The notes below the pieces were generated by a model. It saw only the letters and a list, made by a program, of their open reading frames with translations. It had not been told where the DNA came from and ran no database searches. The position numbers and the translations under genes are program-made. From Edaphobacter aggregans (GTDB lineage Bacteria > Acidobacteriota > Terriglobia > Terriglobales > Acidobacteriaceae): a DNA stretch of 32,000 nucleotides. The first letter of the stretch is position 1; each line of letters starts with the position of its first letter. The stretch is taken from the NCBI RefSeq assembly GCF_003945235.1, contig NZ_RSDW01000001.1:1530001-1562000 (forward strand), written 5' to 3'. Positions 1 to 8,660 of the stretch are shown one piece after another.

Positions 1-1
1 C

Positions 2-1078
2 CTCGCCTTCCCCGGCCAAAACATCCTCGTAGCCACGCCCAACACCGCCGCACCGCAGCTCTCCTCCGGAAGCCCCCTCCGCCTGCTCCCCTACACCGCG
101 ACAGCACCCACCGCCAACCCCTGGGTCCTCACACCCGACGACTACCGCAACACATTCCTCCTCGCCGATCAGAACAACGCCACCACCTGTCTCCTCCTCG
201 GTGCCGAAGCCCAGACCCTTCACCCCGAAGCCATCCGCTCCCTGGCCACCGCCGCCCGCACCGCCGACCTCACCGTCGCCCACTACCGACTCGGTCCCCA
301 CGAAGGCCTCGTCAACTCCGCAATTCTCTACCCCGTCACCCGAGCTCTCTTCTGCACTGAGCCCCGCTTCCCCCTCGCCAACGATCTCGGCTTCTCCCTC
401 CGTATGGCCGAACGCCTCGCCGCCGCAGCCGACCGTTTCGTCGCCATCGGCCAACCCGACGCCGTCATCTGGCCAGTCTCCGAAGCCGCCACCTCTCTCT
501 TCACCATCGCCGAAGCCGACGCCGGCGTCCGCACCTTTCCCCTACCCGACTCCATTGACTTCAACACTCTCTTCTCCCAGATCACCGGCTCCCTTTTCGC
601 TGACATCGACGCCAAAGCCTCCTTCTGGCAGCGTGGCCGAGCCCTCCCACCCCTCCGCACCTTCTCGCACCACCCCGCTCCCCCCGACAGCCGCACCGAC
701 ATCACCCCAATGCTCGAGGCCTTCCACCTCGCCTACACCAACCTCCACGAGATCTGGTCCCTCGTCCTCCCGCCAAACGCCCTCCTCGGCCTCAAAAAGC
801 TCTCCCTCCTGGCGCCCGACTCCTTCCGCATGCCCGACTCCCTCTGGGCGCGCATCGTCTACGACTTCATCCTTGCCTATCGCCTCCGCACCATCAATCG
901 CGGCCACCTCCTCGGAGCCCTCACCCCGCTCTATCTAGCTTGGGTCGCCTCTCATCTCACCCTCGTCGCCCAGGGCACCGTTCCCGAACGACACATCGAA
1001 GACCTGGCCTCCACCTTCGAAAGCGACAAACCCTACTTCGTCTCACGCTGGCGCTGGCCCGACCGCTTCAATCCATGA
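2..1078 (+). CDS. Conserved hypothetical protein, 5'-truncated by the window edge (C-terminal 358 aa)
   Basis: I translated frame 2 by hand and it is open from nt 2 to the stop at 1076-1078. The listed ORF 404..1078 is only its tail. C-ending codons dominate, as in the other + strand genes here. It ends ...FVSRWRWPDRFNP. I cannot name a family motif with confidence. Confidence 0.6.
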   Translation, partial: LAFPGQNILVATPNTAAPQLSSGSPLRLLPYTATAPTANPWVLTPDDYRNTFLLADQNNATTCLLLGAEAQTLHPEAIRSLATAARTADLTVAHYRLGPHEGLVNSAILYPVTRALFCTEPRFPLANDLGFSLRMAERLAAAADRFVAIGQPDAVIWPVSEAATSLFTIAEADAGVRTFPLPDSIDFNTLFSQITGSLFADIDAKASFWQRGRALPPLRTFSHHPAPPDSRTDITPMLEAFHLAYTNLHEIWSLVLPPNALLGLKKLSLLAPDSFRMPDSLWARIVYDFILAYRLRTINRGHLLGALTPLYLAWVASHLTLVAQGTVPERHIEDLASTFESDKPYFVSRWRWPDRFNP

Positions 1079-1094
1079 AGCCCTTAGAATCTTT

Positions 1095-1185
1095 CGCTGC
1101 TCCACTGATCCGCTGCCTCACTAGTTCGCTGACTCGCTGCCTTGCTGATCCACTGACTCGCTGCCGTACTAACCGCTGACGCGTC
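1095..1185. repeat. Imperfect 24-bp-period tandem repeat. The 13-mer CTGAYYCGCTGCC starts at 1105, 1129 and 1153, with half-sites CGCTGC at 1095 and CTGAC at 1176
   Basis: Read directly: ctgatccgctgcc (1105-1117), ctgactcgctgcc (1129-1141), ctgactcgctgcc (1153-1165). It lies in the 133-bp gap between the stop at 1078 and the ATG at 1212. Confidence 0.7.
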
Positions 1186-1211
1186 AATCAGCATCTAAGG
1201 AGAACGACCCT

Positions 1212-1937
1212 ATGTGGCAACAAGTCGAACTCGCACTTAGCCAATCCGCTCACCGAGCCCTCGTCACCCTCGCCAACTTCCTCCCCGGTGTGCTTGCCCT
1301 GCTCCTCGCCGTTCTCCTCCTCACCGCCATCGGAGCCGGCATCGCCGCCCTCCTTCGTCGTATGCTCGTAGCCGCCCGCTTCGACGAGCGCCTGGCCCGC
1401 ACCCCCGGCCTCCCCATCTCTGAGTGGACTTCATCCCATAGCCCCACCTCGCTCGTCGCCCGAGCCGCCTTCTGGGGATGCGTCGTCCTCGGCTTCCTCA
1501 TCGGCATTACCGCCTTCGACGCCGCTTACGAAGGCAACTCGCAAATGGCAACCCTCCTGCTCCCCTACCTCACTCACTCCGTGGGAGCCATCCTTCTCCT
1601 CATCGCCGGCAATATCATCGCTCGATTCCTCGCCCGTTCCGTTCTCATCGGAGCCGTCAACGCCCGCCTCCAGTACGCCCGCTTCCTCTCACTAGGCGTC
1701 AAATGGCTGGTGCTCGTCCTCACCGCCGCCATGGTCCTCGACCACCTCCAAATCGGCGGAACCATAGTCGCGCTAGCCTTCGGCATCCTCTTCGGAGGCA
1801 TCGTCTTAACCCTCTCCCTCGCCGTAGGTCTAGGCTCCCGCGACATAGTAAGCCGCTCCCTGGAAAAAAACACCCTGGACACCTTCCCCGGAGACCCCGA
1901 CTACAAACCCCACACCGAAACCCTCCGCCACTTCTAA
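1212..1937 (+). CDS. Integral membrane protein with repeated TM helices (MscS-N-terminal 'conserved TM helix'-like); function unknown
   Basis: The ATG is preceded by AAGGAGA at 1197-1203. The 241-aa product has about 5-6 long hydrophobic segments (LVTLANFLPGVLALLLAVLLLTAIGAGIAALL, AAFWGCVVLGFLIGITAF, VGAILLLIAGNIIARF, VKWLVLVLTAAMVL, IVALAFGILFGGIVLTLSLAVGLG). Codon usage is host-like. Confidence 0.75.
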   Translation: MWQQVELALSQSAHRALVTLANFLPGVLALLLAVLLLTAIGAGIAALLRRMLVAARFDERLARTPGLPISEWTSSHSPTSLVARAAFWGCVVLGFLIGITAFDAAYEGNSQMATLLLPYLTHSVGAILLLIAGNIIARFLARSVLIGAVNARLQYARFLSLGVKWLVLVLTAAMVLDHLQIGGTIVALAFGILFGGIVLTLSLAVGLGSRDIVSRSLEKNTLDTFPGDPDYKPHTETLRHF

Positions 1938-1954
1938 CCCATCCATCTATTTTG

Positions 1955-2030
1955 TTCGTCATTCTGACCCTGAGCGAAGCCTAAGGGGAAGAATCCCTGT
2001 ATTTCGTCTTTGCTGTTGCCGTTGCGTTTC
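1955..2030. repeat. Interspersed intergenic repeat, copy A (core GTCATTCTGA..GAGCGAAGC..GAAGAATCC..ATTTCG, followed by a TGCTGTTGC-rich tail)
   Basis: It shares GTCATTCTGA, GAGCGAAGC, GAAGAAYCC, ATTTCG and a TGCTGTTGC tract with 14397-14490. It sits between a stop (1937) and the next start (2115). Confidence 0.7.
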
Positions 2031-2114
2031 CATCGATGGGCCAACTTTCACCCCCGCACACAACATTTCATTCCCAAAAGCCAATCCACCCCCACATGAG
2101 CTATCATTCCGCCC

Positions 2115-3473
2115 ATGCGCTCCTTGCTCGCCCTGGCCCTCCTGCTCCCCCTCGCCGCTCCCACACAAACCCCCGCCGCCAAATTCGCCCAGAAACCCTA
2201 CATGGGCTGGAGCACCTGGTCCTTCCTGCGCAGCAAACCCACCGAAGAAAAAGTCAAAGCCCAGGTCGACTCCCTCTTCGCCGCGCACCTCCCCGACTAC
2301 GGCTACCGCTACATCAACCTCGACGCCGGATGGACCGACGGCTACGACGACCACGGCGTCCCCAAGCCCAACCTCACCACCTTCCCCAGCGGCATGGACG
2401 GCTTCGGCCAATATCTCCACTCCCGCGGCCTTCTCTTCGGCGTCTATCTCAACCCCGGTGTCGACCAGAAGCTCTACGACCTCAACCCCATCATCGAAGG
2501 CACCACCGCCCACATCCACGACATCACCGACACCACCCAGCCCGGCAGCACCCACAAAGGCTCCTACCGCATCGACTTCACCAAACCCGCCGCCCGCGCC
2601 TACATCAACTCCATCGTCCAGCAGTTCGCCCGCTGGAAGGTCGACTTCGTCAAACTCGACTTCGTAGGCCCCGGCGGCGGCAACCTTCCCGCCGACAACC
2701 GCGAAGAGCTCCGCCAATGGCACGCCGCCATCCAGCGCTCCAAGCGCCCCATCTGGCTTGAGCTCTCCAACTGGCTCTCCATCGATCAAGCCCCCCTCTG
2801 GCGAGCAACCTCCAACGGCTGGCGCATCGAAAACGATATCGAGTGCTACCCCTGCGGCCGCAGCACCGACCCCGCCATCAAAGGCAACCTCACCATCTGG
2901 TCCAAAGTCTCCGAGCGCTTCGCCGACGTCCGCCCCTGGATTCGCTATGCAGGCCCCGCAGGCAACGGCGGCGAAGGCGGCTGGAACGACTTCGACTCCC
3001 TCGAGCTAGGCAACGGCGACAAAGACGGCATCACCCCCGCCGAACGCCAAACCATGTTCACCCTCTGGGCCATCTCCTGCGCCCCGCTCTACCTCGGCAC
3101 CGACCTCACCCACATGGACTCCGCCGACCTCACCATCATCACCAATCGCAACCTCATCGCCATCAATCAAGCAGGCATCCCCGCCACCCCGCTCGACATC
3201 CAGAGCCTCCGCAACCAGATCCAGCAAGCCTGGATCACCCTCAACCCCGACGGCTCCGCAGTCCTCTCGCTCTTCAACCTCGGCCCCGACACTGCCACCC
3301 TCAAATTCAACTGGCGCGAGATCGACGCCCTCCGCGACACCCACTTCGCCGCCCACCCACCCAAACTCACCGACCTAATCACCAACGAAGCCGTCCCCAC
3401 CCCACCCGAAGAAATCAACGTCACCCTCGACTCCCACGCCTCCCGGATCTTCCGCCTAACCCCAACCCACTGA
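2115..3473 (+). CDS. Secreted glycoside hydrolase, GH27-like (alpha-galactosidase / related)
   Basis: Signal peptide MRSLLALALLLPLAAPTQTPA. YMGWSTWSF, YINLDAGW, KVDFVKLDFV and WRIENDI parallel the GH27 motifs MGWNSW, DDCW, YLKYDNC (nucleophile Asp) and WRTTGDI (acid/base Asp). 452 aa. Confidence 0.8.
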   Translation: MRSLLALALLLPLAAPTQTPAAKFAQKPYMGWSTWSFLRSKPTEEKVKAQVDSLFAAHLPDYGYRYINLDAGWTDGYDDHGVPKPNLTTFPSGMDGFGQYLHSRGLLFGVYLNPGVDQKLYDLNPIIEGTTAHIHDITDTTQPGSTHKGSYRIDFTKPAARAYINSIVQQFARWKVDFVKLDFVGPGGGNLPADNREELRQWHAAIQRSKRPIWLELSNWLSIDQAPLWRATSNGWRIENDIECYPCGRSTDPAIKGNLTIWSKVSERFADVRPWIRYAGPAGNGGEGGWNDFDSLELGNGDKDGITPAERQTMFTLWAISCAPLYLGTDLTHMDSADLTIITNRNLIAINQAGIPATPLDIQSLRNQIQQAWITLNPDGSAVLSLFNLGPDTATLKFNWREIDALRDTHFAAHPPKLTDLITNEAVPTPPEEINVTLDSHASRIFRLTPTH

Positions 3474-3480
3474 GCCTCGC

Positions 3481-3513
3481 GTCCACTCATGCAATCTCAT
3501 CGCATGAGTGGAC
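3481..3513. terminator. Perfect 12-bp stem / 9-nt loop hairpin between convergent genes (likely bidirectional terminator)
   Basis: GTCCACTCATGC (3481-3492), loop AATCTCATC, GCATGAGTGGAC (3502-3513). It lies between the GH27 stop (3473) and the multicopper oxidase stop (3557). There is no clear U-tract on either side. Confidence 0.55.
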
Positions 3514-3556
3514 CTCCATCTTCCTCTACAAAACCCGCAAGCGATCGCCATTGTCC

Positions 3557-5068
3557 TCAGGACTCACGAGCATAATCAAACAGCGACATAAAACCAAAAT
3601 CCATGTGCAGTTGCTGATGACAATGAAAGAGCGTCGGCCCCGGATTATTCGCAACAAAGTCGATCTCAACCTCCTGATATCCGCCAACCATAACCACATC
3701 TTTCATCAAGCCACTCGTAACCTGACCGCCAACCCGCGTCACCTCAAACGTATGCCTGTGCAGATGCACGGGATGAATATCATCGCTTGCATTGCGCATG
3801 CGCAATCTGTATCGTTTGCCCTCACGCAGATGAAAGGAAGCCGGCGTCATCATCTGATCACGCGGATACGCAATGCCATTAATCGTCCACTCATTGAATC
3901 CATCCAAAGCCGCGTTCTTCTTCTCAAAGAGCATCTCAAAGCTCTCATCAGGTTCAGCAGCGCTCACACCCATGCGCCCGAACCGCGCATAGTTCCAGCG
4001 AAATGGCCTGGGAGCGATCCACTGCGCCTTCCCCTTCACTCCCGCATACTCAATCACGATCCCCATGCCGTGACCGCGATCATCATCCGCAAGATCGCCC
4101 ATCACCCACACGCCCGGATGATTCATCGTCACTATTGCGGAAATACGTTCCGCCGTGCCCAGCCACAGCACAGGCACGCTCACCGGCCTGGACAGCAGAT
4201 TGCCGTCCATCGCAACAATCGTGAATGTATGTCCCGGCAGTGCAAGGCTCCGTATCTCTCCTGCACTTCCATTCAGCACATGAAAGAGAACACGCTCCCC
4301 CTGCTTCACCCGAATCGGCTCTCCATGGCCTAGCATCTTGCCATTGATCGTGAAAGAGTCGTATCCCACCTCAAAGCCGTGCGGCACCCCCTTGGCCAAT
4401 GAGGCCCGCATCGCGCTCTCTCCCTTGTCCCTAAGACCCTTTACCGTTGCCGCCGGAGCAAGAAAATCCATCGCCATGTCTCCGCCACGACTAAAGATAG
4501 GCTCGAACTCCTTCATCGTGAGAAAGACCTCACGGTCATACGCGCCAGCATGATCCTTCGGTTCGACGTACACTGGCCCAACAAGACCGCCATACTGTCC
4601 AGCGCTCAGATTGGCCTCCGCCCGAACGTGTGTGTGATAGAACCGAAACCCGGCAGGACGCGGCATAAACACAATCCGACGCGTGCCATGGGGTGGGATA
4701 AACGGTGTGCCTTCCTCAGCCGCCCCATCCACATCAGCCGGAATCATCTGCCCATGCCAGTGAAGTTGCTCCGGCGTGTCGGTGTCATTACGCACATCGA
4801 TCACCGCCTGCTTACCCTCCTTGAAGCGAAGCAGCGGCCCCGGAAACTGCCCGTTGTAGGTTGTAATCGACACGATGCGCTTAGGAGCAATCTCAACCGG
4901 CTTCGTCGCAATCGTAAGCGTGTAGTCAGCCGCTCCCTCAGCCTGTAACTCGAGCCCCACACCAACTCGCGCTGCCCGCGCATGCAGCGCAGACCCCACC
5001 AGAAAGCCACCCGTGAGCGCACCTGCCGCACCAAGAAAGGTTCGGCGCGAGAGCTGAGAAGGATTCAT
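3557..5068 (-). CDS. Tat-exported multicopper oxidase (three-domain laccase/CueO-like)
   Basis: Twin-arginine signal SRRTFLGAAGALTG. All four copper-ligand motifs are present: HWHG, YHTH, HPVHLHRH, HCHQQLHMDFGFM. I set the start at the ATG giving MNPSQLSRRTFL. The ORF-track start at 5095 is the alternative. Confidence 0.9.
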   Translation of the reverse strand: MNPSQLSRRTFLGAAGALTGGFLVGSALHARAARVGVGLELQAEGAADYTLTIATKPVEIAPKRIVSITTYNGQFPGPLLRFKEGKQAVIDVRNDTDTPEQLHWHGQMIPADVDGAAEEGTPFIPPHGTRRIVFMPRPAGFRFYHTHVRAEANLSAGQYGGLVGPVYVEPKDHAGAYDREVFLTMKEFEPIFSRGGDMAMDFLAPAATVKGLRDKGESAMRASLAKGVPHGFEVGYDSFTINGKMLGHGEPIRVKQGERVLFHVLNGSAGEIRSLALPGHTFTIVAMDGNLLSRPVSVPVLWLGTAERISAIVTMNHPGVWVMGDLADDDRGHGMGIVIEYAGVKGKAQWIAPRPFRWNYARFGRMGVSAAEPDESFEMLFEKKNAALDGFNEWTINGIAYPRDQMMTPASFHLREGKRYRLRMRNASDDIHPVHLHRHTFEVTRVGGQVTSGLMKDVVMVGGYQEVEIDFVANNPGPTLFHCHQQLHMDFGFMSLFDYARES

Positions 5069-5174
5069 ATGACTCCAGCCTGGCGTTCGCCACACGCCGA
5101 CCTCGAAGTATATCCAACTTCACCTTCTCAGAATCCCGCACCCTGCGCCAGCCGAAAAGACCTCCTTCTGGCAA

Positions 5175-6503
5175 CTAATAAGCCGGCCCCGAGAGCAGTG
5201 TCCGCTGCGTCGACTGGTAGAACCCATACAGCGCAACCCCAACGAATCCAGCCAACGGAACAACATACCCTAGCGCCAGGCTTCCCGTGTGCTTGGCAAT
5301 CAGCCCCAGCACCGGAGGAAAGATAGCCCCGCCCACAATCGCCATCACCAGCAGCGACCCAGCGATCTTCGTATTCCGTCCGAGCCCCTTCAGCCCCAGC
5401 GCAAAGATCGTCGGAAACATGATCGACAGAAAGAACCCGCTAGCCACCACCGCCCAGGCCCCAATCAACCCCGGCCGTAGCACCGCCACCAGCATCAGCA
5501 AAGCATTCATCACTCCATACACCCCCAGCATCAAGCTAGGCCGCACAAACCGCATCAACGGAGTCGAAACAAACCGCCCCGCGGCCAGCGCAATCAGCGT
5601 ACCCAGCAGATAAAGCGCCGCCGTCCGCTCACTCACCGCCGTGTACTGCTTCATATAAGGAATCAAGCTGCTCCACGAAGAGATCTGCGCTCCCACATTG
5701 CAGAAGTTCGCCGCCACAGCAATCCAGATCGCCGGAATCTTCAACAACTCCCCAAAGCTCCCATGATCCTCACCCGCGCCCTCATGCTCCGACTGGATCA
5801 CCGGAAACTTCGTCCGCGAAAGGATGAACGCACAAAGCAGCACCACCGCACCAAATGTCAAATACGTCGGCACCACCCGCATAATCTCGCCATGCAGATA
5901 CGCATGGTACGTCCCCGCCACCTTCATCGCCTCAATCTGAGCCGCATTCGGCTCCACGCCCGAGAAGATGAAGTACGTCCCAATCAACACCCCCGTAATC
6001 GTCCCCGGAGGATTGAACGACTGCGAAAAATTCAACCGCTGCTCCGAAGTCACCGGATCGCCAAACTGCGCAATAAACGGATTCGCCGCCGTCTCCAGAA
6101 TCGAAGCGCCGCTGCCCACCGTGAACAGAGCAATCAGAAACATCGCATACTGCCCATTCACCGCCGCCGGCCAGAACAGCACCATGCCGGTCCCAAACAG
6201 CAGCAGCCCGGTCACCATCCCGGCTTTATAGCCCCACTTACGCATCAGCAGAGCGGCCGGAATTGCCATGCAGAAGTAGCCAAAAAAATTCGCCGTTTGC
6301 ACCAACTGAGCACCAAACTGCGACAACTCAAACGACTTCCTGAACTGCTGCACCAAAATATCCGTCAGGTTGTTCGACATCCCCCAAAGAAAGAACAGCA
6401 CCGTCACCAGCACAAACGGCAACATCTGTCCCACCGGAAACACAGGATGCTTCTTTCCCGCTTCAGCCTTCACACTTCCGCCAGCCGACGTCGAAACCTG
6501 CAT
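5175..6503 (-). CDS. MFS sugar:H+ symporter of the fucose/glucose/galactose (FucP/GluP, FHS) family
   Basis: 442 aa with about 12 TM segments. The N-terminal LPFVLVTVLFFLWGMSNNLTDILVQQFRKSFELS is typical of FucP/GluP-type permeases. Confidence 0.85.
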   Translation of the reverse strand: MQVSTSAGGSVKAEAGKKHPVFPVGQMLPFVLVTVLFFLWGMSNNLTDILVQQFRKSFELSQFGAQLVQTANFFGYFCMAIPAALLMRKWGYKAGMVTGLLLFGTGMVLFWPAAVNGQYAMFLIALFTVGSGASILETAANPFIAQFGDPVTSEQRLNFSQSFNPPGTITGVLIGTYFIFSGVEPNAAQIEAMKVAGTYHAYLHGEIMRVVPTYLTFGAVVLLCAFILSRTKFPVIQSEHEGAGEDHGSFGELLKIPAIWIAVAANFCNVGAQISSWSSLIPYMKQYTAVSERTAALYLLGTLIALAAGRFVSTPLMRFVRPSLMLGVYGVMNALLMLVAVLRPGLIGAWAVVASGFFLSIMFPTIFALGLKGLGRNTKIAGSLLVMAIVGGAIFPPVLGLIAKHTGSLALGYVVPLAGFVGVALYGFYQSTQRTLLSGPAY

Positions 6504-6549
6504 GAACCCAACCTCTCTTCCAACAGATGGATAATCCTAACCGCTGACG

Positions 6550-7551
6550 CTAAACCTGCACCATGATCTTCGTAAACTTCTCCGGCGCCGCGCTCCACTC
6601 ACCCAATATCCCCGCTGCATCTTCCATCGAAACAACTGCGCTCACAGCATCCTCCACCGGAAACCGTCCAGCCTCCAGCATCCGAATCACCTCTCGAAAG
6701 TCCTCTGGCAGCGCATTCCGCGAGCCCATAATATCCAGCTCCTTCTGCACAAACAGTCGCGTCTCATAAGCCACCGGCTCCTTCGCATAGCCGATGTAAA
6801 CCACCCTTCCCGTAAACGCGACCTCCTCCACAGCCGCCCGAAACGTCTGTGGCAACCCAATCGCCTCGATCATCACATCCGGCCCCTGCCCACCCGTAAT
6901 CGCCTGCAACCGCTCATGCAAATCCTCGTTCTTCGAGTGGATCAAATGCCTCGCCCCCGCCTTCCTCGCGATCTCCAGCTTGGCATCGTCCATATCGATC
7001 GCAATGGTCTCCGCACCACGAAACGCCGCCGAAGCAATCGCCCCCAGCCCAACGCCGCCGCAACCAAAAACCGCAACCGAATCCTCCGCCGTGACCCGCC
7101 CACGCGCCGACGCATGAAAGCCCACTGTCAACGGCTCCACCAGACAAAGCTCCCTGATCGACAACTTCGCCGGATAGAGCTTCTCCGTCGGCACGCTGAT
7201 GTACTCCGTCATCGCGCCATCCCGCTGTACACCCATCGTCTCGTTGAACCGGCAAGCATTCGGTCGTCCCCTCCGGCACGAAGCGCAAACCCCGCAGCTC
7301 GTATACGGAGAAATCGTCACAGCAGTCCCCGCCGCCAGTTCCCCGCCACCCTCCACAACCTCAGCCGCCACCTCATGCCCCGGCACTCGCGGAAACACTA
7401 CCATCGCATTCCGCCCGCGGAACGTATTCAGATCCGTCCCGCACATCCCAACCATCTTTACCCGCAGCAGCGCCTCACCCTGGCCCACCACAGCATCCGG
7501 AACATCTACCACACCCGCCGCGCCCGCTCCCGTCATCTGAAAAGCCTTCAT
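6550..7551 (-). CDS. Zinc-dependent medium-chain dehydrogenase/reductase (sugar or polyol dehydrogenase-like)
   Basis: MCGTDLNTF and PGHEVAAEV (catalytic Zn ligands), CGVCASCRRGRPNAC (structural Zn Cys cluster), VFGCGGVGLG (Rossmann NAD(P) site). 333 aa. Confidence 0.85.
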   Translation of the reverse strand: MKAFQMTGAGAAGVVDVPDAVVGQGEALLRVKMVGMCGTDLNTFRGRNAMVVFPRVPGHEVAAEVVEGGGELAAGTAVTISPYTSCGVCASCRRGRPNACRFNETMGVQRDGAMTEYISVPTEKLYPAKLSIRELCLVEPLTVGFHASARGRVTAEDSVAVFGCGGVGLGAIASAAFRGAETIAIDMDDAKLEIARKAGARHLIHSKNEDLHERLQAITGGQGPDVMIEAIGLPQTFRAAVEEVAFTGRVVYIGYAKEPVAYETRLFVQKELDIMGSRNALPEDFREVIRMLEAGRFPVEDAVSAVVSMEDAAGILGEWSAAPEKFTKIMVQV

Positions 7552-7604
7552 GCATAACCCCGCTGTTACATTACTTTCAAATAGGAAAATAGTCTTTCAC
7601 AAAC

Positions 7605-8441
7605 TTACCCCAACTGATAGACCTCAGTCGCCGCTCCCCCAAACACCGCGTCCCGTTCCGTCTCGCTGAATCCCCTAAAATACTCGCGCAAAACCTCAAA
7701 CCACCGCCCATACTCACTCGCCACCAGGCACACCGGCCAATCCGACCCCGCCATCAGCCGCGTCACCCCAAACGCCTCCACCACCACATCCAGATAAGGC
7801 CGCAACCCCTCCGAGCTCCACGCCACCCAATCCGCCTCCGTCACCATCCCCGACACCTTGCACCACACATTCTCCCGCTTCCCCAACTCGCGCATCCGCG
7901 CCGCCCATGGCTCCATCAGGCCCTCACGAATCATCGGCTTGGCCACATGATCCAGCACAAACACCTGTTCCGGATGCCGATCCACAAACTCGATCGTCTG
8001 CGGCAGATGCCGTTCATAGATCAGAATGTCGTACACCAGCCCGCTCCCCAGCATTGCGCGAATCCCCGAGTTGAAGTCCTCCCGCAGAATGTAGTTCTCG
8101 TCCTTCTCCCCCTGAATCACATGCCGCAGCCCCTTCAGCTTCTCCCTGTCGGCAAACTCCTCCATCACCCCAGGAAAATCCTCCCCGGCAATCGGAGCCC
8201 AGCCCACCACACCACGAATCGCCGCACACTCATCCGCCAGCCCGAGCAGCCACCGAGTCTCCTCCAGAGTCTGCCGTGCCTGAACCGTCACCGCCCCATC
8301 CACCCCAGCCGACGCCATCACCGCCTCAAGATCCTTCGGCAAAAAATCCCGCTGCAACGCACTCATCGACTCATCAATCCACCCATACTCCGCCGCTGAA
8401 TACCGCCACAGATGATGATGCGCATCAATCCGCTCCGCCAA
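7605..8441 (-). CDS. Amidohydrolase-2 family protein (COG3618-type sugar lactonase-like, e.g. L-fucono-1,5-lactonase-like)
   Basis: The N-terminal IDAHHHLW metal-binding motif is typical of amidohydrolase-2. I place the start at TTG 8441 because a perfect AGGAGG (8447-8452 on the minus strand) lies 5 nt upstream. The ORF-track start at 8492 adds 17 residues with no such site. Confidence 0.8.
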   Translation of the reverse strand: MAERIDAHHHLWRYSAAEYGWIDESMSALQRDFLPKDLEAVMASAGVDGAVTVQARQTLEETRWLLGLADECAAIRGVVGWAPIAGEDFPGVMEEFADREKLKGLRHVIQGEKDENYILREDFNSGIRAMLGSGLVYDILIYERHLPQTIEFVDRHPEQVFVLDHVAKPMIREGLMEPWAARMRELGKRENVWCKVSGMVTEADWVAWSSEGLRPYLDVVVEAFGVTRLMAGSDWPVCLVASEYGRWFEVLREYFRGFSETERDAVFGGAATEVYQLG

Positions 8442-8660
8442 TTCTTCCTCCTGATTCCCGCCGCCCAGTCTATCGCACGCATCTGACCACAAACGTCGCG
8501 CGTTCTTTCAACTTCCTCTTTCATCCATACCCATTCGGGGATACTATTGGTGCGCGATGCTATCGATTGGCTACTAGCACTCAACTCAGCTTGAGCAGCT
8601 CATAACCGACAGCCTCTTTCGCCGGCCCCCTTCACAATTTCTCGTCCTTGGAGGACCCTC

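Noticed and set aside
201-938. 245-aa Pro/Ser/Thr-rich ORF, and the overlapping antisense ORFs at 328..705 and 542..907
   Set aside because: They are shadow frames of the real frame-2 gene (2..1078). The low-complexity P/S/T/R or G/E/V composition is what C-rich third positions produce off-frame.
1095-1185. CRISPR-like array or minisatellite
   Set aside because: The repeat has only three short (13-nt) units with an 11-nt spacing. This is far below CRISPR repeat and spacer sizes, and there are no cas genes in the window.
1959-2789. 276-aa minus-strand ORF opposite the GH27 gene. The same applies to 2036..2761 and 2843..4333 (496 aa) on the + strand
   Set aside because: They have Gly/Val/Glu-rich or Arg/Pro/His-rich low-complexity translations with no motifs, and they overlap well-supported genes. 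ORF 2843..4333 even runs across a convergent gene boundary and the terminator hairpin.
3557-5095. Multicopper oxidase as a single-gene horizontal insertion, based on lower GC
   Set aside because: My hand counts are inconsistent along the gene: about 50% GC at 3601-3660, 58% at 4201-4260 and 63% at 4801-4860. The case is too weak without a proper codon-usage calculation.
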